Positions 13,071-24,500 of a stretch of 64,000 nucleotides of DNA are shown piece after piece; the first letter of the stretch is position 1; the number at the start of each line of letters is the position of its first letter. The translations under genes were made by a program, and so were the position numbers. The stretch comes from Vicugna vicugna (Eukaryota), in assembly GCA_013265495.1 (NCBI GenBank), contig MU057999.1, positions 124,001-188,000 of the forward strand, in the 5' to 3' direction. The notes beneath the pieces are model-generated. The model saw nothing but the letters and a program-made list of their open reading frames with translations, did not search any database and was not told the origin of the DNA.

Positions 13071-13252
13071 CAGAGGTTCTCGAACCCAGGGTGCATCAGA
13101 ATTGCCTAGAGGGTGTGTTGAAACAGCATGCCAGCCTCCACCTCCAGTTTGGGTTCAGTAGATGTGGGAGGGGGCATGAGAATCCATCTTTCTACCAAGC
13201 TCCCGTGTGATGCCAATGCTGCTGGTACAGGGACCACCGCCCAGACACCAGT
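13071..13252. mobile_element. MER5A-like hAT-Charlie MITE
   Basis: cagaggttctcgaac...gcatcagaattgcctagagg...tcagtagatgtgggagggggcatgagaat...gtgatgccaatgctgctggtacagggaccac. Confidence 0.8.
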
Positions 13253-14086
13253 AGGTCCCCTTGAACTCTAACCCAAATCCTTCCTTCCGGCACCTCTTTC
13301 CTGGAGACAAGACCCAACCTCTGTGCAAACCCATTACAAAGGAATGGGGATAAAACAGAGACACTCCCTTGATTTCTCGGCACTCCCCTTGGCCATCTGC
13401 CCATCTGGGTATGGGGTCTGCTCACACAATGGGAGTCTGTCTGTGCTGTCGTGTGGGCCGGGAGTACCCCACAATGAGCTCTGACTGTGGGCTTCCGTTC
13501 ACCTCCCAACTCCTTTGAACATCCACGCTGCCTTGCCTGGAGCTCTTGAAGGCAAGTGCAAGGGAATGTGGTTTCATCACCCCCATGGCTTGTTTGGCTG
13601 GGCTCTCTACCTGCAGGTTTCAGGACTCCTAAAGTCATCAGTAAGCATCTTTAGATGGGGAAAGATTAGCTAAGCAAATACTTGCCGCCTACCAGCTGCA
13701 GCCCTCAGAGCAGCAGACATGAGCTCACCTACCTTTCCAACGCTGCTGCCGATTCATATCTGCAGCCCAGGGGGCTGTGACCACAGCAGCAGGTCACAGA
13801 ACAAACACTGGCAGGCAGCGTAGGAAGGGGCACTGAGATGCTGGTGATACGCTGAGCATCAGCTCTGTGTGCAGGAGGGAAGCACATCGATCATGGGACT
13901 TTCAAACTGTGGGAAGAAGAGGACGCAATGCCTCCTTTCAGGCCTCCTTGCAGAAGCTCGGCCCTAAGCACAGCTCCCTCCCATCAGTGACTTCAGCAAA
14001 GCCCCCCAGCCCCCACACCCCTCCTTGTGGGGATACCTATTACCTATTGTCCTATATTTGTCTTGGATGTCACTGCCCTTTGCTCC

Positions 14087-14514
14087 TGTGATAGTGTTTT
14101 TGAGGTGTGAATGTGGCCAGGCTACAGTCCCCAGCTATTCAATCAAACACTAATCTAGGTGTTGGCTGTGAAGGAAGTTTGTGGCTGTAATTAAAACATA
14201 CATAATGAGTTGACTCCTTTAAGGAAGATTATCCTAGATAATCTGGGTGGGCATGATTCAATTAATCAGAAGTCCTTAAAAGCAGGGTGGAGAGAGAGAG
14301 AGATTAATTCCCCTGAACAGAAGCTTCGGCCCAAAGCCTGTAATCATCCTTGACTGATAGCCTGCTCTATGAATTTTGGATGTGCTTATTCAGCCATCGC
14401 AATTGTATAAATCAATTCTTTGAAATAAATTGCTTAATATATACATATACATATACATATACATATATCTATCTGTGTGTATCTTATGTTGGCTCTGGTT
14501 TGACTGAACCCTGA
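14087..14514 (+). mobile_element. ERVL LTR (MLT2-like) containing an (ATATAC)n microsatellite at ~14437-14468
   Basis: ggccaggctacagtccccagctattcaatcaaacactaatctaggtgttg...gataatctgggtgggcatgattcaatt...aataaa. Confidence 0.85.
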
Positions 14515-14516
14515 AG

Positions 14517-14977
14517 TAAATAAAATAGTGGCCTCTCCAATGCCTGTGTCCTAATACTCAGAACCCACGAATACGTTGCCTTATACGGCAAAAGGAATTC
14601 AGCAGATAAGATTCTAAGAACAGGGAGATTTTCCTGGATTATATGAGTGGGCCCAGTGTATTTACAAGGGCCCTTATAAGAGAGGCAGGAGGGTCAGAGT
14701 CAGAAAAAAAAATAAGGTGAGAAGGGGAGAGATTTCAAGATGCTAAGTTGCTGACTTTGAGGATGGAGGAAGGGGCCACAAGCCAAGGAATGTCGGTGGC
14801 CTTTAGAAGCTCAGAAAGGCAAGGAAACAGATTCTCCTCTAGAGCTCCCAGAAGGAGCACAGCCCTACCAACATCTCAATTTTAGGTCTTCTGTCCTCCA
14901 GAACCATCAAAGAGTATTTGTGTTTGAAGCCACTAAGTTTATGGTAATTTGTTACAGCAGCAGTAGACCCTAATCCA
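14517..14977 (+). mobile_element. MaLR LTR (MLT1D-like)
   Basis: ggcaaaaggaattcagcagat...ctttgaggatggaggaaggggccacaagccaaggaatg...aagccactaagtttatggtaatttgttacagcagca. Confidence 0.9.
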
Positions 14978-15439
14978 AGCCCGAGTTCATACAGCTTTCT
15001 TCCCCATCATCAATGCCCTCATTCAGCTTGCTTCTTTTCCCTCAGCAGGACCACACCTCCTCCTTTCTGATGTCTCCTCTCCACAGGAAGTCTTAATGGT
15101 CTTGTCTGCTCAGCCCCTCTCCTGAGAACAGTGCTCCCCCTTGTTTCAGAAAAGGGCCCCTATTCAACCACGTGGCTCCAGGAGAAGCCCCCCCCATCAG
15201 AGACCTTGCCCTGCCTCTGGGCACATGACCCAGTGGAACCAATCAGAGTCCTGCTCCAGGAGTTTTTCAAGTTGGAACTAAATGAAGGGCAGCAGATGGG
15301 CTGATTGCTGACCATGACTCAGCCGTGAAGAGGACAGAGGTTTACAAGGGAAGACAATGGCAGTGACATTCAGAGAAAAGAAGAGGAGACAGAGCCTGCT
15401 GGCACTCCAGGCCACCTGCCCAGACCCTCACACATTTTT

Positions 15440-17800
15440 CTGTTGTGTTTCTGATCTTTTTTCTTGTTGATTAGCAGGAGATCTTTGTATAGTCTAGATA
15501 TTCGTTCCTAGTCAGCTGTAGACATTGCCAGCATCTCGCAATCTGTTGTGCTCTTTGCCGTAAACATTCTTCTCTGTTTATAAAATAGACATTCTTTCTT
15601 TTAGTTGGCATTCTTCCAATACACATTCTTTTTGCCCCTGGATTTTCAGCTTTTACCTTTAAAGAACATGGAACCAGATTTTCTCTCTCTTTTTTTAATC
15701 CAATCTGAGATTCTCTAGCTTTGACATGGTGAGAATAGTCCATCTTTGATAAATCTAGATTCATATCTACCTCATTTTGTGGTGCTTCTAGCTACTGTAA
15801 TGTTTTTTGTTTGTTTTCTTTCTTTCTTTCTTTCTTTCTTCCTTTCTTCCTTTCTTTCTTGCTTTCTTGCTTTTCTAGCCTTCTCTGGGTTAATGCAGTT
15901 TCTATTTCTTACTCTCTTCCACTTTGGAAGGTACGCACTCAATGTCTTTTTTCTGAATGATTACCCATACATTTTAACAAACATGACTGACTTACTTAAC
16001 AAAGACTAAAGTTAATTAATTCTTCCACTCTCCCCCCAAGCAAACCAAGGACCGAAGATTTTAACGCCAAAATTTCCCTTCCAATTTTTCACATTATCAG
16101 TGCGTCTTACTCTGATTCCTTCTTTTCTGCCCTCCACAATCAACAATTACCACCACTCTTTGTATTGTTTGCATTTGTGTTTGGCTTCTTGCTTTATGAA
16201 CTTCATCCTTCAGTGGTGTATTTTAGTGAGGATTCATGATTACTAAATTTGAAAATCTCTATTTGTCCTCTTGAATTATCATTTAGTTACAAAATTTGAA
16301 TTCGGAGGTAATTTTCTTTCAGCATTTTGAAAACTATTCCATTGTTTTCAAGTATATCTATTATTTACTCTGAGATGCCTCTTCTTGGTCTAGTTTTTGA
16401 CTTTTATAGGTAATCTGTAATTGGACTCTAGAAGTAGCTCTGAGAATTTCTCTCTTTTCTGTTCTGCAGTTTCAGTGTGATATGTACAGCTGTACATTTT
16501 TTTGTAAATTCCTATAAGAACTTACTGTGCTGTCTGTATTTTGAGATACTATATGTCGTTAATTCTGGAAATTCTCTATCATTTTTTTCCTATATTGTCT
16601 ATCACGTATTCATTCTGTTCTCTTTTTTGGTATTCACTTCAGACTTATATTGGACTTCATTTTTACTGTCTGTTTATACGTTTGTTTTTATTTTGTTTGG
16701 CTTTTAGTCTCTCTTTTCCAGCTTCCTCTGGGTTAATGAGGTTTCTACTTTTTACCCTCTTAACCTGCCTTTCACAGTCTCCACTTCTTTATTCCTCTGT
16801 GCGGCATTCAGGTGACTTCTTCAACCCTATCTCTCACTTACAAATTATCATCAGATGTCATTAAGTTAAGCACCTCAAGTCGGGAAATTATCTAATCTGT
16901 TAATTAACCAGTCATTGCATCTAATGTGCCATTAGAACCATTCCCTGAATTTTTACTCTCGATATCTATATTTGTCATTTCTAGAATTCCTGTGTGTTCC
17001 TCAAATCTGTTCCTTTTTCATGGTGTTTGTTCTTTCCTGGTGTTTTGTGATTCTTCTTACACTCCCCGAAACATTTCAGTATATTTTTATAACCTCTTAC
17101 GGAATGTTCCATTACCTCAGAATCTTGAGGTGCTCATCTTCCTCACTGCTGCCTGTTGCCCATGGTGGGTCATTTCCTTGTGTTGCTGTTTATTGTAAGC
17201 TCCTCTCCCACCGGCACTGTCTTCTCCTGGGGATTCTGGTTGCTCTGGATTGTAGAAGCATTCCCCTAGAGTGGTTTTACTAGAGTCTACCAGATGGCAG
17301 AGTTACCACCAGCCCAGAACGGACTGTTATGCTAATTTGTTTAGAGGCTCTCATATCACATGGATAGTATACACTTTGTTTCCAATTCCAAGTGGCACAG
17401 GCTTGGGGCTTTGACTTCTCAGAGGAGTTATTTCACTCAGAGGTCCTTTTAGAGACAGACCTCTCTGCTGTCCCTAGGGTGGTGGCCAGAGTTTTACTTG
17501 TTCCCTTCTCACCAAGGAGCCCAGCTTCTTGTGTGCCAAGTTCACACGTCATCATCGGTGCCTGTGTGATCACTAACACTCTATCTCCAGCAGGAGTTTC
17601 TTGGGGACTTCCTTTCTGACCGCCCCTGCAGGGCCAGCTGGCACACTCCTTGATTGGATGTTCTACTCATTCATCACTTCCTGCACCTGAAGACTTCACT
17701 TTCTTTCTCGCCAGCTCAGCTCTGTGTATTTTAATATTTGGTGGTGTTCTATTTGATGCAGCATCTCTAGGTATTTGTAGTAGGAGGGTCCCATGTTATG
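15440..17800 (-). mobile_element. Highly decayed old L1 (L1M-type) fragments with a (TTTC)n microsatellite at ~15815-15870
   Basis: Long T-rich, AT-rich block with L1-like segments (e.g. atctttgtatagtctagatattcg, ttttaatccaatctgagattct). Confidence 0.6.
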
Positions 17801-18954
17801 TAAACCTGCCATGTTGATGAAAACCACAGTTCACTATAGTTCTTTAAGATCCATCTTATCCCAATTAACCAGAGCCTTTGGAAGCCAGGGACCTTGTCTG
17901 ATTCACAGTTTTGTTCCCCACACAGAGGTTACACAGCAGAAGCATGAAGGTGACTTGTTGAGGTCAGAGACCCTGGGCCCAGAGGTACTGAGCAGAACCC
18001 CATTATGTGTCTCCCCACCTTCTCCCTCATAAAATCCAGTTCTTTTCTCTCTTATTTGTCACGTCTTATAACTTTGCATCTATCTGTGCATCTGCCCACT
18101 GTTTATGTCCCTCATGAGGGCATGGCCCACTCTTTTTAGTTCATCATTGTAAATCCAGTGGTTGATAGAGGTGATCAACCATTACGTGCTGCAAGAATGA
18201 ATGAACAAATGAATGCGTCTCAGGCAGCTGGCCTGACACCGGTCCTGGTCTCAGAGTTCTGAAACCCCTGTTGTTTATGACACCAGCAAAGTGCCGCCTT
18301 ACAAACAGCACGTCACCAAATGACTCAAGGCTCACCAAAATGACCGGGGGAAAGCCCACTCCAGGATGTTACCACACCCTCCTAGGTGTGAAGCTCCAGG
18401 CCAAAGACCCGACCCCAGGAGGCACTCAGCAGATCCTGTGCCAGCCCCTGTCCTCACTGCCTCCCCTTCGGGCTCACTCTTCCCACCTGGCTCGGAGCCC
18501 ATCGGGTACACTCACTTCCTTCAGACACTTGGCCAGCCCTTAGGACTGGATGCCTAAGCTCTGAGCCAGCCTTTAGGAGTGGGCATCAGGACAGCAAAGA
18601 GGCCCTCCTGGACAGAAGCACCTCTCAATCTTCCAGGAAAGAAAACGTTCTATAGTTTTACCTCTCTTTAAGAGTTAAAGTATTGTTATCTGACTTCACC
18701 TCCATCGCTGAGGAGCCCGAAGACTCAAATGAAATAATGGATGTAAAAATGCAGTGGGAACAGTGATGGGCACAGGAATGGTCCTTCCAAAAACTCCATC
18801 CCCTCACTGCCCTCCTGGCTGCATCCTTGGTCCACCCTCAAGGACCTGGAGACCAGCTTTCTCCCACCTCATGTCTCAATTTCATGTACCACAATAAGAG
18901 ATCTCACTGCCCTGGACAAAGATGGGTGCAGGGGCTCATCACAGACTTTGGGGC

Positions 18955-19165
18955 TTTTTTTTTTTAGGTTTCTTTGGAAATGTATTTATTTATTTATTTA
19001 TTTAGAAGTATATTTGATTTACAATGTTGTGTTGCTTTCTGGTGTTCAGCATAGTGACTCGGTTATATGCATCTTCTTTTTAGTATTCTTTTTCATTATA
19101 GGCTATTACAAGATATTGAATACAGTTCCCTGTGCTCTGCAGTAGGCCCTTGTTGTTTATCTGTT
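18955..19165 (-). mobile_element. 5'-truncated lineage-type (cetartiodactyl/camelid) L1 3' end
   Basis: T/(TTTA)n tail, then gatttacaatgttgtgtt...cagcatagtgactcggttata...ggctattacaagatattgaatacagttccctgtgct. Confidence 0.85.
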
Positions 19166-22100
19166 TAATTGGTAGTTTTTCTTCGAATCGTAAATGCAGG
19201 ATGTGTTTATTGTAGAAGTACAGAAAACACCGAACATCACAAAAAAAGAAAACCAAAACCATTTAGAGGCTGTCCACTCAGAGAACTATCTCTGGTTAGG
19301 TGTAACGGCTTCAAGTCTTGCGACTTTTAAAAATCTGGACCACCTCTGCGTAGGGCTGTCCATCCCACAGCCTCTACTTAACATCACGGAATGAACACTT
19401 GCCCCAAGTTGAAACTACTCGCAATAAAACTTAACAAAATGATTTGTAAATACCTCACAGATGGATGTCCCATGATTTATTTATTGCCTCTCCAGTTGCT
19501 AGATATACAAGTCGCTTCCTCATCTTAAGTTTCTGAGCAGGTAAGTTACACGATAAAAAGCGGTTCAGTGGACTAGGTTTCCATGTATTCTTTCTGGGAG
19601 TGTGTGTAAGCCACCTGATTGCCGCCCCCACCCCATGCTGGGCCCCTGGTCTAACTGCTGGTGCTGTTCAGCTGGGGTATCGGTCTTGCCTTATGACCGA
19701 GGGGGAGGGAATGTGCAGTAAGAGAGGAAACCTGAGGAACAAGGCCCTTTGGGGCCACCAGAGTCAAATTTGGCTCGGGAAGATAAAACAATAAATATAA
19801 ATGAGCAGCCTGCTGTCTGTCGGCATGGAGACTGAAGTAACAGAGCCCTGGCGGGGCTGGCCGGGGACTGCGGTGGGACGCAGGGAGCAGCCACGGGGGA
19901 CGAGCCCCCACATCCCAGCTCTGTCACCGTGCGATGTGGCAACTCCCACAAGCTGCCCGCCAATCTCCTCCACTATACATAATGCGGACAACGCGCACCT
20001 CGTAGCACCGACAGCGTTTCTGAAAGGACCGGACCTTGTTATTTCACGAAATCGCCCACATCTGGGTGCTCCCAATGCATTTGCATTCACAGTGAAGTAT
20101 CTTCCAGCCCCCTGTGCTCTCTAGTAGGCCCTTGTTTATCTATTTAATTGGTAGTCTTTTTGAGTTGTGTTTTACCACACATATGCGTTCTAATAAAATG
20201 TATCCGTCTTTGTGAGGACAGCTCACAAAATCATAATTGCTGCTAAAAATATGCTGGGGCTGAGGACGGGAATTCTGAATCTTTGTGACTTTAAGGCAAC
20301 CCAAACAGGCTTGACTATCGCTTGTCCCCAGTCCTCGTTAAGTGTACGCATTTATGGATTTCATTTACATGTCGATTCAGTGGGTCCATGAAGGAGGAGG
20401 CACTGAGTCCCTGAAGGAGCAGGCAGCTGGAGCAGCAGTGAGCCCAGGAGGAATGCCTCCTGACAACAAGGGCAGTTTGAAAATGAAACAGCAGCCACAA
20501 GGCCCTGAGGCTCACTTTCCAAGCCAGTGACAAGGTCCAGGGGTGGAGACGGCCACTAGACAAGGCTGATTCTACATCACTTTGGCTCTACCAGTCCGGG
20601 TGAGTGGGTCGGAGGTTGAGGCCCTGGGGTACAGACCAGGACCCACAAGAACATCCCACTGGCATGATGCCAGATGCCCTCCGTAAGGATCTCTGTTGGG
20701 CCCTCTAGTGATAAGGTCAGGGGCTGTGGTCCCCAGTGAGCCCCCTGTCTACTTGCTCCAGAGAGATGTCATCCAGCTGGAGGCTGGAGGGTCGGCCATC
20801 TGGGGATCTTCCAGGCTTGGCATGAATACGCCCTGAAAGCTCCCAAAGTCAGGGAGAAGTAAGGGGAAGCAGGAGCAGGCCTTTGGCTCATGGGGGCGTA
20901 ACAGACTTGCAGGGCCTGATGTGGGGGCGTTCCCATCATGGGAAGGTCTCTGCTGGTTCCAGGAAACCCTGAGCCTACTAGCCTCCACAAAGCCTGAGGC
21001 CCCCACATGAATGATAACCAGAACCAGCAAGGAAACCTTTGTGATCTGGGACAAGAGTCGGGGGGTCACAGGGGCTTCTCAGTAACGCCCACCTTCAGAG
21101 CCTGGCAGGGCTATTTAGAAAAGGGTAGCCCAGGCCACTTGGCTTTCTACTTTCACTCAGTTAAAGGGACTTTTGGGAGAGGGGAGACTGCCTTCTACCA
21201 GAAACAGGGAGGAGAGTGACCAGGAAGGCAGGGGTTCTGCCAGCTCCGCTCCGGGGGATGTGCATGGAAGCGCAGGGGCAGACTCAGCTTAGAGGAGAGA
21301 CTTGCCAAAAGCCTGAGGTGCTACCATGGCTGGGCCTGCCTTGTGAGGTGGTGAGCTCTCCATCACTGGGGCTATGCAAGCAGAGGCAAGGACATCATCA
21401 AGAGGCTTCCTGCCTCTGAGCACATGAGCTTTCTCATCACTTTCAATTCTGAAATTCAGTAATTCTCCAAGCCAGGAGCACCGTGTTTCTACAGCTCAGT
21501 TTTATCATTACACATATGGATGCTATACAGCGAGAAGTTAAAAATGCTGTACAAATCTTGACAAGTAATGAAGGCAGGACTTCCGCATACTAACCAGAGG
21601 AGAAACAGGCCCTGCTCTTGTCGGAAGCCTCCAGTTCCTTTCTGCTGGGGGTCCCTGAGGCTGATGTCCATTGCTGGGCGCCATCCCTGACCCTCCATCA
21701 GTGCCTCCCCTGCCCCGCAGTCAGTGGGTGGAAGTCCATTCTTATAAAAGGTCAGGGCAAGGGAAGGGGTGGGGCGACCAACTCATCCCAACCTGCCCAG
21801 AACTTTTCCAGTTTTCAAACTGAAAATCCTGTGTTCCGGGAACCCCCTCAGTCGTTGGCAAATTGAAACAGTTGGTCCCACTGGGAAGTAGACACTACAG
21901 ACAATTGTTTCTTGGAAACTTGGGGGCCTCTTAGGGAGCCGAGAGCAAACAGGGAAGCCTAGGGAAGAGCCTCCCCCAAGCAGACACTCAGTCAAGGCTT
22001 ATGAACAAGTGAGGCCCAGGCAACTGCACCAATGCTCAGCTCCCCACTGCTTCCCTCAGCCGCACTGCGAATCCAAGGCAAAGCACGGCAACTTCAGAAG

Positions 22101-24145
22101 GGCCTGACGCGCGGGCAGGAAAGACTTGTAAAACAGACCGAGAACGTGGTCAGTTTAATCCCATCCTGCAATCTCTCTGATAGCCAACTGGGCAGGACAA
22201 GGGTGGCTCTGGAAGCCTGCTGGCCCCCCTCCCCTTCCCCTCCGCCACTGCCCCTTTTCCCCAGGCCCACAGGGGTCTCACTGCATTCTCTGGCCAGCTC
22301 CTCTCCCGGAATGTTCCATGGGCTCTGCCCAGGAATTGTCTGCCATCCACACCCCACACCTGTCTCACTTACAGTTTCTAGGTACCGTTCCCTCTATGCC
22401 CAAAAGGCTGGCTGGGTGAATTAACCAGATAAACTGGCTCTGACGAGAGGTCCGCTGTGTTGTTTCCCAAACTCGTCATATTCCACCTGGGAGTCACATT
22501 TGGGAGACGTGAGTTAGACACAGCAGAGCTTCCTGGAGCATCAGTGTTACTCCAAGATTTGGGGGGAAATACAGCATATTATTTAGAAAAACATATATAT
22601 TGTGGAGGAAACTATAAAATTCAGCTGATTTTAGGATAAAACATAAAATACCACGGAAATGTAATATTTACGGTTGGTCAAAACACATCTCCAAACTCTT
22701 CCTTCAGCCCCTTGTCTTACCCCGTTTGGAAACCCGCTCACTCCCTTCTAGAATTCAGGGCATCTGGGTGGGGCAGCTTGACAAGCACTAGCTTACTACA
22801 GCCCTCCCTGGTACCAGCTGCCTTTTAACGGAGGCCTTCTGTGCTCCTAAGGGTGTTGGATAGAGCAGCCTTCGGAACATAAAAAGTTATGGCAGATGTC
22901 TGGGTAAACAAAATGAAACTTGTCATCAAGGGCTCGAGTGTACACTCAATCTCTAAGAAAGGGTTAGTCTGCCCACATTTCTAGAGGCAGGGGCACCAGT
23001 GCCAATGCTGACAAGATTGAGTGTCCCAAAGGTCACAAGCTCTGGGGTTACTGCCCAGGGCTGGAACCCTTCCCCCAAGCCAGAGCCTCCATGGCATCTC
23101 CACCAACAAGGGAAACAAAGAAGCTAAGAAGACGGCTCTGGAAGAGGGCTGCTCACTGGAAGGTACCCTCCCATCCGTCATCCCACAGTATAGCCTGAGA
23201 CTCCTTGCCTTGGTTTCATCCTCTGCCCCTGATCAAATTTAATCCACCCCAGGGAATCAAGAAGGACACACCCAGGGAATAAAGGTCCTCTAAACCGAGA
23301 GAGCTGGGATCGATCCAAGACAAGCCAGCTAGCCCGCACCCTCCACTCTTGCCAGGTTTCGGAGCAGGTCTCCCATCACAGCTCAGACCCAACTGGTCCT
23401 GCTCCTAACCTCATCTCAGTCGGCAATTTAACTATATGAGATGAGAATCTGAGAACCTGAAAGGACCTCAGAGATCACTGGGCTCAGGCCCAGATATTCA
23501 CAGACGAGAGAATCCAGAACTGAGAGGCGTCTGTGTTTGTGGGAAGAAGGGGGCTGGGAGTGAGAGGACCCCGGTGGGAACTCCTGCTTTGCCATGTACT
23601 GGATATGTGGTCTTGGACACACCTCGATTTCAAGTATGAAATGGAGATGCTGATACCTCCCTTGCAGGGCTGTCATTAAGAACAGAAAAAGTTCAGGAAC
23701 ATAGATTAAAAAATCAAGTTCAAGGGAAAGGACAACAATTCAGCTAAGGCCAGAACAAAAGCTGGAGCACACGAATACATAAGACACCAACCAGTTACTA
23801 AAAGCAAACTTTCAGTCTGTCCCTAAATCTTCCTAAAAGGCAGAGTAGAAGGGAAACTGAATGCGTTGTAAGATTTGGTAACCATACCACTGCAGAATAA
23901 AAATCAAGCTTTTACCCAATAGCAAGACTTGCTGTTCAGCTACACTAATCAAGACATTGTGGTATTGGCAGAGAGACATACACATACATCAGTGAAACAG
24001 GATAGAAAACACAGAATGGACACACACAAGTACGGCCAACTGATTTTCAACAGAAGTGCAAAAGTGATTCAATATAGAAAGGATAGTCTTTTCAACAAAT
24101 GGTGCAGGAGCGATTGCATAACCACAAGCAAAGACAGCAAACTTT

Positions 24146-24329
24146 TTTTTTAACATTTTTTATTGATTTATAATCATTTTACAATGTTGTGTCAAATTCC
24201 AGTGTAGAGCACAATTTTTCAATTATACATGAACATATATATATTCATTGTCACATTCCTTTCTCTGTGAGCTACCATAAGATCTTGTGTATATTTCCCT
24301 ATGCTTTACAGTATAATCTTGCTTATCTA
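24146..24329 (-). mobile_element. Young 5'-truncated L1 3' end (copy A) nested in the old L1
   Basis: Poly-T tail at the left. TSD aaagacagcaaacttt (24130-24145) / aaagacaacaaacttt (24330-24345). Confidence 0.85.
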
Positions 24330-24346
24330 AAAGACAACAAACTTTG

Positions 24347-24500
24347 TGGTAGCTCACAGCGAAAAAAGAAATGTGACAATGAATATATGTATGTTTATGT
24401 ATAACTGAAAAATTGTGCCCTACACTGGAATTTGACACAACATTGTAAAATGACTGTAACTCAATAAAAAAAGTTAAAAAAATTAAAAATTAAAAAAAAG
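24347..24500 (+). mobile_element. Young 5'-truncated L1 3' end (copy B), inverted relative to copy A
   Basis: Ends in aataaa plus an A-rich tail. TSD aacaaactttg (24336-24346 / 24501-24511). Confidence 0.85.

Noticed and set aside
20699..20711. CTCF-like core (TCACTAGAGGGCC on the minus strand); similar partial match near 45394
   Set aside because: Partial matches only; cannot be distinguished from background without a PWM scan or ChIP data.
24189..24438. Two near-identical 71-aa ORFs (MSNSSV...) on opposite strands
   Set aside because: By-product of the inverted L1 3' UTR pair, not a gene pair.
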